DNA of 32,000 nt from Limnohabitans sp. 15K (GTDB taxonomy: Bacteria > Pseudomonadota > Gammaproteobacteria > Burkholderiales > Burkholderiaceae_C). The notes below the pieces were generated by a model. It was given only the letters and a program-made list of their open reading frames with translations. It was not told where the DNA came from and ran no database searches. Position numbers and translations under genes: made by a program. This document shows, piece after piece, positions 23,150 through 32,000 of this stretch. The number at the start of each line of letters is the position of its first letter. Positions within the stretch are counted from its first letter, which is position 1. The stretch is from positions 1,121,934 through 1,153,933 of the forward strand of contig NZ_NESM01000001.1 of NCBI RefSeq assembly GCF_002778285.1. Direction: 5' to 3'.

Positions 23150-25744
23150 GTGTCCCCTCCGACCAACACCTGTGACGTCAGCTTTTCCCCTCACCAAGTT
23201 GAAAGACGGCCGTGGGTGTCGTTTTTTACAGCGGGGGTGGGTTTGCTTTTCGGCGGTCCACTTTGGGCTCAATACCAGATCACCATTTCAGACAAAGCAC
23301 CGGAATACCGACAATTCGATCGGGTCGAGATCACAGGCTCCAGTGTGATCAATCCACGCAGCCGAGAAGCCTTGCCGGTGCGTGTCATTGACCGCAAGGA
23401 AATCGAGCGCATGGGCGTGCAGTCGGTGCCCGAGTTGATCCAGGGGCTGTCCTCCATGCATTCGTTCACCGAAGCGGGCGGCACCAATATTTCTGGCCAA
23501 GGAGGCTACCGCTCGGCCGCCATCCACGGCTATGAAGCGGGCACACTGGTTTTGATCAATGGCCGCAGAGCGCCTTCATTTGCCAAACAACGTCCTCAAG
23601 TGGACCGCACAGCGGTGGATTTATCGATGGTGCCCCTGCGCGCCATTGAGCGGGTCGAAATCTTGACCGATGGTGCCTCTTCCATTTACGGCAGCGATGC
23701 GATAGCAGGTGTTGTCAACCTGATCACCCTGAAACAAGCCCCTGGACTGAGTCTGAGCGCTGAAAAGCTCAGCACGCCAGGTGCGGGGGATGGCCACAGT
23801 GCAGGCATCAGCTGGGGCCAAGGCAAGTTGGATTTAGACGGCTATGCCGTGTCCATGCATTTGGAAAAGTCACACACCGACCCCGTGCGCATGCGTGACC
23901 GCGCTTACACCGATCTGCGAACGCAGCTTTACGGACAAGACTCTCAGGGCAATCCGGTGTATTTCGTGCCCCAAAACATGTTTCCTCACAACGCGCCTGC
24001 ACAACTGCTGAGCAACAGCACCAACTCTGCGCTATGCCCTGAGGGATTCGACTACAGCATCACACGCAGGGCTGCGACATGGCCAACACCCTACCAGTGT
24101 CAAAAAAGCCAGTTGCGTGAGACCTACCTCTACCCTGCTTACGACAACACCAACTTGTGGATGGCCTTTGAAAAGCAAATCGACGCCTCGCTGGCCGTAT
24201 TTTCTGAAGTGGGCTACCAGCAGCAACTGAGCGCTTACCGCCGCATCGTCAACGGAAGACCAAGCAACGCCAGCATTCTCTACGATGCAGAATCATTCAA
24301 CCCCGGATTTGCCGAAGAAAGACAAAACAACCACCGCGCAGTGATTGGCTTGCGCGGTGATTGGCGCAACTGGCAGTACACCTTGAGTCATACCCGTGCA
24401 GAAAATCATTTCCAAACCATCAACACAGGGGGCTTCACCAATGGCAGCGATTGGGGAACCCTCCTGACCGCAGCCGAGCGTCAACTAGACCCGGCCACAT
24501 ATTCCGACGCCACTTGGGCAAAAATCAGAGCGCGGTTTGCCGAACCCGCAACATCTCAAGAATTCCGGACACGCTTGCAAGAAACACAATTGCAGGCCTC
24601 GCGGACCATCGGCGAAACCGATTGGGGAGAGATCAAGCTGGGCACCGTACTGTTCAGCACCCAATCTCAGTTGGTCAATGCGCGGGCTGTCAACCTGGAA
24701 GACTATCCGTTCAAGCGCAGCAACCATGGTGCGGCACTGGAACTGCAGTTGCCATTGTTGGACCGATTAGAACTGGTGTCGAGTTTGCGAACAGAACGCT
24801 ACAGTGACTTTGGCAACGTCTTGACAGGCAAACTGGGCGCCAAATGGGAAGTTGCAAGCAACACCCATTTGCGCATCAGCCAAGGCACAGGCTTTCGCGC
24901 CCCCACACTGGCGCAGACCAGCCCCAGCAACTACGCCTTGTTCAGCAGCACCTCAACGACCGATAACTATTCCGTTGGCAACGCGAACTTAGAACCCGAG
25001 AAATCCCGCCAATGGAGCTTGGGTTTGCTGTCGCAACCCACGCCGCAGTTCAGCGTGAGCCTGGATTACTGGGCACTGGATGTCCGCGACGTCTTTGGCA
25101 CTTGGACAACCACCCAGATATTCAACGACCCTGCCCTCAAAGCCCTTTATTACACGACCAATTACAACGGGGCTGGAAAGAATCGCAACATCATCACGCC
25201 CTTGAATCAGGGCACCATGGCCAAATCAGGCATCGATTACCAGTTGCGTCAGCGCTGGCCAGTCAACTGGGGGCGGGTGTGGCTTGGGCTTGAAGGCACT
25301 TACAACCTCGAATCCAGGCGCAGCACATTTCCGGGTCAGGCCCCTGTCTCCAATTTGGCCAACTACGACACCGCCACCGGGACGGTCACAGCCCGCAACC
25401 TGATCCGCATCACATCGTCTCTCGAATCCAATCATTTCGGCATCACCGCGCTTGTCAATTACCACTCTGGCAACAACGAGGTCATGCAAGCGTTGATCGA
25501 CAGCCAAGGACTTGACGCTGCGCCGCGATTTCAGCACCGAGTTCCTGGCCACTGGACACTGGATCTTTCGGGGACCTACAAGTTAAAACCGGGTATCAGC
25601 TTGCGGGCTCACATTGCCAATTTGACCAATCGGATACCGCCAGTGCGCTACAACAGCCCCTATCTTGGCTCCACCTTGGCAGACACCCGTTACGACGATT
25701 ATTACGGCCGCACTGTGCGGATCGCCATGGACGTGAAGTTCTGA
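23150..25744 (+). CDS. TonB-dependent outer-membrane receptor, 864 aa, GTG start
   Basis: AAGGAG lies 7 nt before the GTG. Plug region (ALPVRVIDRKEIERMGVQSVPELIQGLS, RVEILTDGASSIYGSDAIAGVVNLIT). Long beta-barrel ending in the aromatic terminal residue (RIAMDVKF). Confidence 0.9.
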   Translation: MSPPTNTCDVSFSPHQVERRPWVSFFTAGVGLLFGGPLWAQYQITISDKAPEYRQFDRVEITGSSVINPRSREALPVRVIDRKEIERMGVQSVPELIQGLSSMHSFTEAGGTNISGQGGYRSAAIHGYEAGTLVLINGRRAPSFAKQRPQVDRTAVDLSMVPLRAIERVEILTDGASSIYGSDAIAGVVNLITLKQAPGLSLSAEKLSTPGAGDGHSAGISWGQGKLDLDGYAVSMHLEKSHTDPVRMRDRAYTDLRTQLYGQDSQGNPVYFVPQNMFPHNAPAQLLSNSTNSALCPEGFDYSITRRAATWPTPYQCQKSQLRETYLYPAYDNTNLWMAFEKQIDASLAVFSEVGYQQQLSAYRRIVNGRPSNASILYDAESFNPGFAEERQNNHRAVIGLRGDWRNWQYTLSHTRAENHFQTINTGGFTNGSDWGTLLTAAERQLDPATYSDATWAKIRARFAEPATSQEFRTRLQETQLQASRTIGETDWGEIKLGTVLFSTQSQLVNARAVNLEDYPFKRSNHGAALELQLPLLDRLELVSSLRTERYSDFGNVLTGKLGAKWEVASNTHLRISQGTGFRAPTLAQTSPSNYALFSSTSTTDNYSVGNANLEPEKSRQWSLGLLSQPTPQFSVSLDYWALDVRDVFGTWTTTQIFNDPALKALYYTTNYNGAGKNRNIITPLNQGTMAKSGIDYQLRQRWPVNWGRVWLGLEGTYNLESRRSTFPGQAPVSNLANYDTATGTVTARNLIRITSSLESNHFGITALVNYHSGNNEVMQALIDSQGLDAAPRFQHRVPGHWTLDLSGTYKLKPGISLRAHIANLTNRIPPVRYNSPYLGSTLADTRYDDYYGRTVRIAMDVKF

Positions 25745-25817
25745 AAAAAGGCGCGTGGTCTGCGCGATATGATCAAAACATATTCCGCTGCCCTCGCAGG
25801 CCCGCCAGAACGCCGAC

Positions 25818-27365
25818 ATGACCACCTCCAAACTCCGCCCCGCCGACTACCTGATCAAGATCCTCAATGCCCGCGTTTATGACGTGGCCACCGAGTCGGC
25901 CTTGGAGCCAGCCCAAAACCTGTCTCGCCGCCTGGGCAACCAGGTGTTGTTGAAGCGCGAAGACCAGCAACCCGTGCACAGCTTCAAGCTGCGCGGCGCT
26001 TACAACAAGATGTCGCACCTGACGCCCGAGCAGCTCAAAAAAGGTGTGATCTGCGCCTCGGCGGGCAACCACGCACAAGGCGTGGCGCTGAGCGCCAGCA
26101 AGCTGGGCACCCGCGCCGTGATCGTGATGCCCACCACCACGCCACAGGTCAAGATCGACGCGGTCAAGGGCTTTGGGGGTGAGGTGGTGCTGTTTGGCGA
26201 CAGCTATTCCGACGCCTACAACCACGCACTCACCCTGCAAAAAAAGCAGGGCCTGACTTTTGTGCACCCGTTTGACGACCCCGATGTGATCGCAGGCCAA
26301 GGCACGATTGCCATGGAAATGCTGCGCCAGCACCAAGGCCCGCTGGATGCGGTGTTTGTCGCCATTGGCGGCGGCGGTCTGATTTCAGGCGTGGCCAATT
26401 ACATCAAAGCGGTGCGCCCCGATGTGAAGGTGATTGGCGTGCAGATGAACGACTCGAATGCCATGATGCAGTCGGTGGCCGCCAAAAAACGCCTGACCTT
26501 GCCCGATGTGGGTTTGTTCTCGGATGGCACTGCCGTCAAGTTGGTGGGCGAAGAAACATTTCGCGTGGCGCGCAACTTGGTCGACGACTACATGACGGTG
26601 GACACCGACGCGGTCTGTGCGGCCATCAAGGATGTGTTTGTGGACACCCGCTCGATCGTGGAGCCCGCAGGGGCCTTGGCGGTGGCCGCCATCAAACAGT
26701 ACGTGGCCACGCACAAAACCAAAGGCCAGACCTACGCTGCCATTTTGTGTGGCGCGAACATGAATTTCGACCGCCTGCGTTTTGTGGCCGAACGCGCCGA
26801 CGTGGGCGAAGAAAAAGAAGCGCTGTTTGCGGTCACCATTCCCGAAGAGCGCGGCAGCTTCAAGCGTTTTTTAGAGCTGATCGGCAGCTTGCCAGGCGGC
26901 CCGCGCAACGTCACCGAGTTCAACTACCGCATGAGCGATTCGGACAAAGCCCATGTCTTTTTGGGCTTGAGCACCCATGGCAAAGGCGAAAGCACCAAGA
27001 TCACAGCCAACTTCAACAAGCAAAAATTCAAGGCGCTGGACCTTTCGCACGACGAACTGGCCAAAGAGCACATCCGCCACATGGTGGGCGGGCACTCGGC
27101 CTTGTCACAAGACGAACGCCTCCTGCGTTTTGAGTTTCCCGAACGTCCGGGTGCTTTGCTCAAGTTTTTGAGCCTGATGCGCCCAGGCTGGAACATCAGC
27201 TTGTTCCATTACCGCAACCAGGGGGCTGACTACGGTCGTATTTTGGTGGGCATCCAGGTGCCGCCCAAAGACGACAAGGCTTTTGACAAGTTCTTGCAAA
27301 CCCTGGGTTATCCGTACGCGGAAGAGACAGACAACCCGGTTTACCGTTTATTTTTAAGGGCCTGA
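25818..27365 (+). CDS. ilvA: Biosynthetic threonine ammonia-lyase (threonine dehydratase)
   Basis: PLP-lysine motif HSFKLRGAYNKM, GGGGL loop, and two C-terminal ACT-like regulatory repeats; 515 aa. Confidence 0.95.
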   Translation: MTTSKLRPADYLIKILNARVYDVATESALEPAQNLSRRLGNQVLLKREDQQPVHSFKLRGAYNKMSHLTPEQLKKGVICASAGNHAQGVALSASKLGTRAVIVMPTTTPQVKIDAVKGFGGEVVLFGDSYSDAYNHALTLQKKQGLTFVHPFDDPDVIAGQGTIAMEMLRQHQGPLDAVFVAIGGGGLISGVANYIKAVRPDVKVIGVQMNDSNAMMQSVAAKKRLTLPDVGLFSDGTAVKLVGEETFRVARNLVDDYMTVDTDAVCAAIKDVFVDTRSIVEPAGALAVAAIKQYVATHKTKGQTYAAILCGANMNFDRLRFVAERADVGEEKEALFAVTIPEERGSFKRFLELIGSLPGGPRNVTEFNYRMSDSDKAHVFLGLSTHGKGESTKITANFNKQKFKALDLSHDELAKEHIRHMVGGHSALSQDERLLRFEFPERPGALLKFLSLMRPGWNISLFHYRNQGADYGRILVGIQVPPKDDKAFDKFLQTLGYPYAEETDNPVYRLFLRA

Positions 27366-27383
27366 GGCTTGGCCCCTGAGAGA

Positions 27384-27851
27384 CTAGCCGCCCTCTGCGG
27401 CCGCTGGCAACTCCAGGGTCCACTGCGCTGGCCCGCTTGAGCTGGCACCCAATTCGGCCCGCCTTGCCTGCAGCCGCTGCAGCACCACGCCATCGGTCAC
27501 GGTCTGGCCTACCCTGAAGGCCTTAGGGGGCAGGCCACCGACCGAGATCAGCGCGCTGCCTGAGCCAGAACCACCCGCGATCACACCCAGCAGCTGAAAC
27601 CGCAGATCGGCAGCCACCGCGGCACTGGGGCTGGCAGCCCGATGGCCCAATGACCGAGCGACGCCGACGGAAAACTGGGCGTCAGACTGGGCAGCAGGTT
27701 CCTGCACCACCGGCACGCTCGTCCCAGCGGTCAAAACTGGGAACTTCAGGGCCCAAACCACGGCACCACCCGCGGCCAAAAACCACACCAGTCCCGTGAG
27801 CCATTTGACTGCCCAATGCGAAGGGCCAGAAGAAGATGGAATGTGCAACAT
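27384..27851 (-). CDS. Short GspC-like type II secretion protein (TM anchor plus HR-like domain), about 155 aa
   Basis: Start moved to MLHIPSSS (27851) so it does not overlap gspG. TM helix WLTGLVWFLAAGGAVVWAL. The C-terminal SALISVGGLPPKAFRVGQTVTDGVVLQRLQARRAEL resembles the GspC/PilP HR domain. Divergent from gspG. Confidence 0.55.
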   Translation of the reverse strand: MLHIPSSSGPSHWAVKWLTGLVWFLAAGGAVVWALKFPVLTAGTSVPVVQEPAAQSDAQFSVGVARSLGHRAASPSAAVAADLRFQLLGVIAGGSGSGSALISVGGLPPKAFRVGQTVTDGVVLQRLQARRAELGASSSGPAQWTLELPAAAEGG

Positions 27852-27872
27852 GCGCAGATTATGATGTAAGGC

Positions 27873-28310
27873 ATGCATCAAAATGAATTCCATCCCCCTC
27901 GCCGCCAACGCGGTTTCACCCTGATCGAGCTCATGGTGGTGTTGGCCATCATTGGCGTATTGGCCGCCATGATCGTGCCCAACGTGCTGGGCCGCGCGGA
28001 CGATGCGCGCACCACTGCGGCACGCACCGATGTGGGCAACCTCATGCAAGCGCTCAAGCTCTACAAATTAGACAACCAGCGCTTTCCCAGCGGTGCGCAA
28101 GGACTGAATGCCCTCATCCTCAAGCCAACGACCGAACCCGTGCCCGGCAACTGGAAGCCTTATTTGGACAAACTGCCCAATGATCCTTGGGGCCGTCCTT
28201 ACCAATACATGAACCCCGGCATCAAAGGCGAAGTGGATGTGTTGTCCTTTGGTGCTGACGGACAAGCCGGCGGCGAGGGCAACAATGCGGACGTTGGCAG
28301 CTGGCAGTAA
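27873..28310 (+). CDS. gspG: Type II secretion major pseudopilin
   Basis: Prepilin site [22 protein letters not shown], then DPWGRPYQY and [18 protein letters not shown]. Confidence 0.95.
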   Translation: MHQNEFHPPRRQRGFTLIELMVVLAIIGVLAAMIVPNVLGRADDARTTAARTDVGNLMQALKLYKLDNQRFPSGAQGLNALILKPTTEPVPGNWKPYLDKLPNDPWGRPYQYMNPGIKGEVDVLSFGADGQAGGEGNNADVGSWQ

Positions 28311-28767
28311 ACGACTGCTGGACTCTGGTTTCACGTTGCTGGAGCTGCTGGTCGTGGTGGCCTTGATCGCGGTAGCCACAGCAGGCGTGAGTTTGTCATT
28401 GCGTGACAGTGCCGAAAGCGCTCTGGCACGCGATGCCCAACGTCTGGCCAGCCTGCTGGAAACCGCCAGAGCCCAAGCCAGAGCCAGTGGCGTAGCCGCC
28501 CAATGGCAGCCCACGCCTTCAGGCTTTGAATTCAGCGGCTTGCCCCGTCAGACACTGCCCTCGCAATGGTTGAGCAACGGCACGCGTGCATCGGTCAATG
28601 CACCGATTGTTTTGGGGCCAGAGCCCATGATCGGCCCTCAAACCGTGGCCTTGAGCCTGGCGCCCAACCATGCCCCAAGCCCCACCGCACGTTTATGGGT
28701 AGCGACCGATGGTCTGCGACCCTTCACCGTACAAAACCAAGCCACCGCAGTGGGTTTGCAACCTTGA
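28285..28767 (+). CDS. gspH: Type II secretion minor pseudopilin
   Basis: [18 protein letters not shown] prepilin N-terminus and gene order after gspG. Exact start is uncertain (ATG 28285 or TTG about 28294). Confidence 0.8.
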   Translation: MRTLAAGSKRLLDSGFTLLELLVVVALIAVATAGVSLSLRDSAESALARDAQRLASLLETARAQARASGVAAQWQPTPSGFEFSGLPRQTLPSQWLSNGTRASVNAPIVLGPEPMIGPQTVALSLAPNHAPSPTARLWVATDGLRPFTVQNQATAVGLQP

Positions 28768-28781
28768 GACGGCACAGCGCC

Positions 28782-29138
28782 ATGGTCGGCTCGCGTGGCT
28801 TCACCTTGATCGAGGTGCTGGTGGCCTTGAGCATCACGGCAGTGGCTTTGCTCGCAGGCCTCAAAGCCACCGGGTCTCTGAGCCGCAATGCCGAAAGGCA
28901 AAGCACCAGCCTCTTGGGACAAATTTGCGCCGAGAACGAACTGATCCGCTTGCGCCTGTTGCGGCAATTGCCCGACAGCGGCAACACCTTGGTGACGTGT
29001 GTTCAGGCGGGCCAAACCCTGCAAGTCGACCTGTCGGTGCGCCCCACGCCCAACCCGAATTTCAGGCGCGTCGATGCGCGGGTATTGAGCCAAGGCGACT
29101 ATGTGTTGCAACTGTCGACCGTGATGGGGCGCAACTGA
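28782..29138 (+). CDS. gspI: Type II secretion minor pseudopilin
   Basis: MVGSRG/FTLIEVLVALSITAVAL, about 118 aa, in the expected position in the gsp operon. Confidence 0.85.
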   Translation: MVGSRGFTLIEVLVALSITAVALLAGLKATGSLSRNAERQSTSLLGQICAENELIRLRLLRQLPDSGNTLVTCVQAGQTLQVDLSVRPTPNPNFRRVDARVLSQGDYVLQLSTVMGRN

Positions 29139-29845
29139 TGCCAAGCTCGCGAAGCCGCGGCTTCACTTTGATCGAAGTGCTGGTGGCCATCGGTGTGATG
29201 GCCTTGATGACCCTCATGGCCTGGCGCGGCATCGATGGCATGCTGCGCACCCAAACCGGCTTGCAACAACGCAGCGACCAAATTCGCACCTTGCAGTCGG
29301 GTTTGGCCCAATGGCAAGTCGACCTGGACCAGTTGACCGAACTGACCGGCACCCCCAGCTGGGACTGGAATGGGCAAGTGCTGCGCCTGACCCGGCGCAG
29401 CGCCACGGGCAAGGATGTGCAAGTGGTCGCTTGGACTTGGCGCAACAACCCCGGCAGTGTTGACGGTGGTCAGTGGCAACGCTGGCAATCCTTGCCTCTG
29501 AACAAAGTCAACGACTGGCAAACCGCTTGGCAATTGGCCGCCCAATGGGGGCAAACACCCGACGACAGCACGCAGGCTGGGCAAGCCCAGATCCACCCTT
29601 TGAAGGGTTGGCAAATTTTTGTCCACCGGGGCGGCAGCTGGACCAACCCCTTGTCCAGCGACGTCGTCACGCCCAATGCGGCACAGAAACCCGGCAATTT
29701 CGCGCCTGGGGGCATTCCAGACGGGGTGCGTTTGGTCTTGGACTTGCCCGCCTCTTCGCCTTTGGTCTCTGGTACGGGTGCAAGTGCGGGTGGCCCCATC
29801 ACGCTCGACTGGGTCAGGCCCACGTTTTCGGGGCCCAAATCATGA
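29138..29845 (+). CDS. gspJ: Type II secretion minor pseudopilin
   Basis: Its ATG overlaps the gspI stop. SRSRG/FTLIEVLVAIGVMALM prepilin N-terminus; about 235 aa. Confidence 0.85.
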   Translation: MPSSRSRGFTLIEVLVAIGVMALMTLMAWRGIDGMLRTQTGLQQRSDQIRTLQSGLAQWQVDLDQLTELTGTPSWDWNGQVLRLTRRSATGKDVQVVAWTWRNNPGSVDGGQWQRWQSLPLNKVNDWQTAWQLAAQWGQTPDDSTQAGQAQIHPLKGWQIFVHRGGSWTNPLSSDVVTPNAAQKPGNFAPGGIPDGVRLVLDLPASSPLVSGTGASAGGPITLDWVRPTFSGPKS

Positions 29846-30798
29846 GGCGTTCAGAACGAGGCGCAGCACTGCTGACGGCCATGCTGACGGTGACCCTGGT
29901 GGCCACCATCGCCTCAGCCGCACTTTGGCAACAATGGCGGCAAGTCGAGATCGAAACCGCCGAACGGGGCCGCAGCCAAACCACCTGGATGATGACGGGC
30001 GCGCTGGATTGGACCCGTTTGATCCTGCGCGAAGACGCGATCTCCGCCCAAGGCGCTGGGGTCGACCATTTGGGTGAACCCTGGGCCTTGCCGGTCCAAG
30101 AGTCCAAGCTGTCCACTTTCTTGTCGCAAGACCAACAATGGCGCGAAGGCGATGCGGAAGTCTTTTTGTCGGGTCAAATCACCGACGCCCAGTCGCGACT
30201 GAACGTGATGAACCTGCTGGACAACGGCCAAATCTCTGTGCCAGCCCTTCAGCGCTTTGGGCGTTTGTTTGAGCGGCTGAACTTGCCTTTGCAAGAATTG
30301 CAAACCTTGTCTCGCCAGCTTCAGGCAGCGGCAGCCGCCGCCAAGTCAGCCGGGGGGTCGCCATCATCGGCCCCCTTGATGCCGCAGCAAACAAGTCAGC
30401 TGGCCTGGTTGGGACTGAGCCCTAGCACCTTGGCGGCGCTGGAGAACTTCATCACCGTGTTGCCCGAGGCCACACCCGTGAACTTGAACACCGCCCCGGC
30501 CGAGGTGCTGATGGCCAGTCTACCGGGGCTTGACTTGGCGCAAGCCCGTCAATCGGTGGCCTTGCGTGAGCGAGGGCATTGGGCTTCACTGGATGCCGCC
30601 CGGCAAGCGCTGGGAGCGGCAGGCCAAAATTTACAAGCCGGGCAACACGATGTGCAAAGCCGGTATTTTGAAGTGACCGGTCGCATGCGCATCGACGACG
30701 TGGTGCAAGTCGAGCAACTGCTGGTCAAACGGGAAGGCAACCAGGTCAACATGGTGTGGCGCGTGCGCAGGCCGGTACTTGTCACGCGCGAGCCCTAA
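29842..30798 (+). CDS. gspK: Type II secretion minor pseudopilin
   Basis: ATGA overlap with gspJ. N-terminus RGAALLTAMLTVTLVATIASAAL. Size (318 aa) and position are typical of GspK. Confidence 0.85.
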   Translation: MRRSERGAALLTAMLTVTLVATIASAALWQQWRQVEIETAERGRSQTTWMMTGALDWTRLILREDAISAQGAGVDHLGEPWALPVQESKLSTFLSQDQQWREGDAEVFLSGQITDAQSRLNVMNLLDNGQISVPALQRFGRLFERLNLPLQELQTLSRQLQAAAAAAKSAGGSPSSAPLMPQQTSQLAWLGLSPSTLAALENFITVLPEATPVNLNTAPAEVLMASLPGLDLAQARQSVALRERGHWASLDAARQALGAAGQNLQAGQHDVQSRYFEVTGRMRIDDVVQVEQLLVKREGNQVNMVWRVRRPVLVTREP

Positions 30799-30810
30799 AA
30801 TGAATCTTCC

Positions 30811-32000
30811 ATGCGTACTTTGATTGTTCAGCTGCCCTTGGGCACCCCCTCACCCAGCACGGTTTATCCGTATGCCGAGGTGCAAACAGACACGCCTGCG
30901 CAGGCCTTGGCCTTGAAGTGGGCTGCAGCCGCTTTGCTGCCCACAGCCGATCAGCAAACCGATGTGGTGGCCCTGGTGCCTGCCCAGGCCCTGTCTTGGC
31001 ACCGCGTGACCCTGCCCGCCGGGCTGAACAAGCCAACCGCACGACGCCAAGCCGCCTTACAAGGTTTGCTGGAAGACCGCCTGTTGGACGACCCCACCAC
31101 CTTGCACATGGCCTTGGCGCCCGATTGGCAACGCAGCGCACAGCCGTGGGTGGCCGTGTGCGACCGTGAATGGCTGAGCGCCCATTTGCAAGCCCTGGAA
31201 TCGGTGGGGCTCACCGTGCACCGCATCGTGCCCGAATTCGCCCCCACGTCCGAGAACCTTCAGCTGCATGCCTTGGGTGATGCCGAACAAGGCTGGCTGT
31301 GGTGCAGCCACGGCGAGCGGGGCGTCTGGGGCCTGCCCTTGAGCACCCTGGGCCTTGATGGACAAGGCTTGTGGGCCCAAGACGACGAACGCTTGGCAGC
31401 CGATGTGCAAGCCGAACCTGCCGTGGTTGCTTTGGTGTCGCAACGCTTAGGGCTGCAAGCCCGCCTCATGGCCCCCAGCCAACATTGGCTGAGCGCCCTG
31501 GCCAATGGCTGGGATTTGGCGCAATTTGACTTTCAAACCGATGCGCAAAATCGCCGCTTCAAGCAAGTGCAACGGGTTGCCAGCCATTTTTTGAACCACC
31601 CCACATGGCGACCTGTGCGTTGGGGACTGTGGCTGCTGCTGGCCACCCAAATCGTGGGCCTGAATGCGTGGGCCTGGAAAACGCGGGCCAATTGGCAAAA
31701 CCAACAACAAAGTTGGAGCCAACTGCTAAAAGACAATTTCCCACAAACCCTCGTGGTGGTGGATGCCCCCGTGCAAATGGCCAAAGAAGTGGCACGCTTG
31801 CGGCAAGGCTCTGGCCAATTGGCGCCACAAGACCTCGAAGCCATGTTGGCGGCATGGGGCCAAGTCTTGCCCCCCGACATGCCCGCCCCAACGGCCTGGC
31901 GTTATCAAACAGGACAACTGTTCATCCAAGACTTCAAGGCCAGCGCCAGCCAGCAAAACGCCATCACCCAGGCCCTGAACAAGCTGGGTTACCAATGGCG
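30811..32000 (+). CDS. gspL: Type II secretion inner-membrane platform protein, 3' end outside the window
   Basis: Absent from the ORF track because it has no stop in the window. I translated from the ATG at 30811 (MRTLIVQLPLGTP...) and found the frame open to 32000. It has a TM segment WGLWLLLATQIVGLNAWAW, and its position after gspK fits. Confidence 0.8.
   Translation, partial: MRTLIVQLPLGTPSPSTVYPYAEVQTDTPAQALALKWAAAALLPTADQQTDVVALVPAQALSWHRVTLPAGLNKPTARRQAALQGLLEDRLLDDPTTLHMALAPDWQRSAQPWVAVCDREWLSAHLQALESVGLTVHRIVPEFAPTSENLQLHALGDAEQGWLWCSHGERGVWGLPLSTLGLDGQGLWAQDDERLAADVQAEPAVVALVSQRLGLQARLMAPSQHWLSALANGWDLAQFDFQTDAQNRRFKQVQRVASHFLNHPTWRPVRWGLWLLLATQIVGLNAWAWKTRANWQNQQQSWSQLLKDNFPQTLVVVDAPVQMAKEVARLRQGSGQLAPQDLEAMLAAWGQVLPPDMPAPTAWRYQTGQLFIQDFKASASQQNAITQALNKLGYQW

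Noticed and set aside
1-32000. CRISPR arrays, rRNA or tRNA genes, a glmS ribozyme, and cobalamin or other riboswitches ahead of the TonB-dependent receptor.
   Set aside because: I saw no regularly spaced direct repeats and no tRNA cloverleaf candidates. The receptor leader is too short and lacks a B12-box-like sequence. The glmS ribozyme is a Gram-positive feature and the glmS leader here is only an AT-rich promoter region.

Overview
High-GC chromosome: hand counts give 40/60 G+C in glmS at 17041-17100. Gene content looks like a betaproteobacterium (Burkholderiales-like), but that is inference only. Core genes are a SET-domain protein, an amidase, glmS, an Lrp/AsnC regulator, an SDR, glmU, two lipoproteins, a TonB-dependent receptor, ilvA, and a type II secretion cluster (gspC-like plus gspGHIJKL, with gspL running off the window end). 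AT-richer accessory DNA lies between the amidase and glmS. Its core is a ~12.5 kb element (3858-16392) bounded by a 21-bp terminal inverted repeat (20/21 identical). The right repeat copy begins on the last base of the glmS stop codon. The element carries a large serine recombinase at its left end, a second FimB/E-sized tyrosine recombinase, and a clamp-loader-like AAA+ ATPase module. It also carries orphan ORFs and two families of repeated dyad-symmetric DNA sites, some embedded in coding sequence. At its right end is a very AT-rich three-gene operon (20/60 G+C at 15061-15120): a small HTH protein, a 392-aa orphan protein and a 206-aa multi-pass membrane protein. I consider this operon the best candidate for an undescribed, defence or abortive-infection-like system. 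A collagen-like lipoprotein with a BclA/C1q-like head sits just outside the left repeat. I saw no rRNA, tRNA or CRISPR. All family assignments come from motif recognition by eye; no searches were run.
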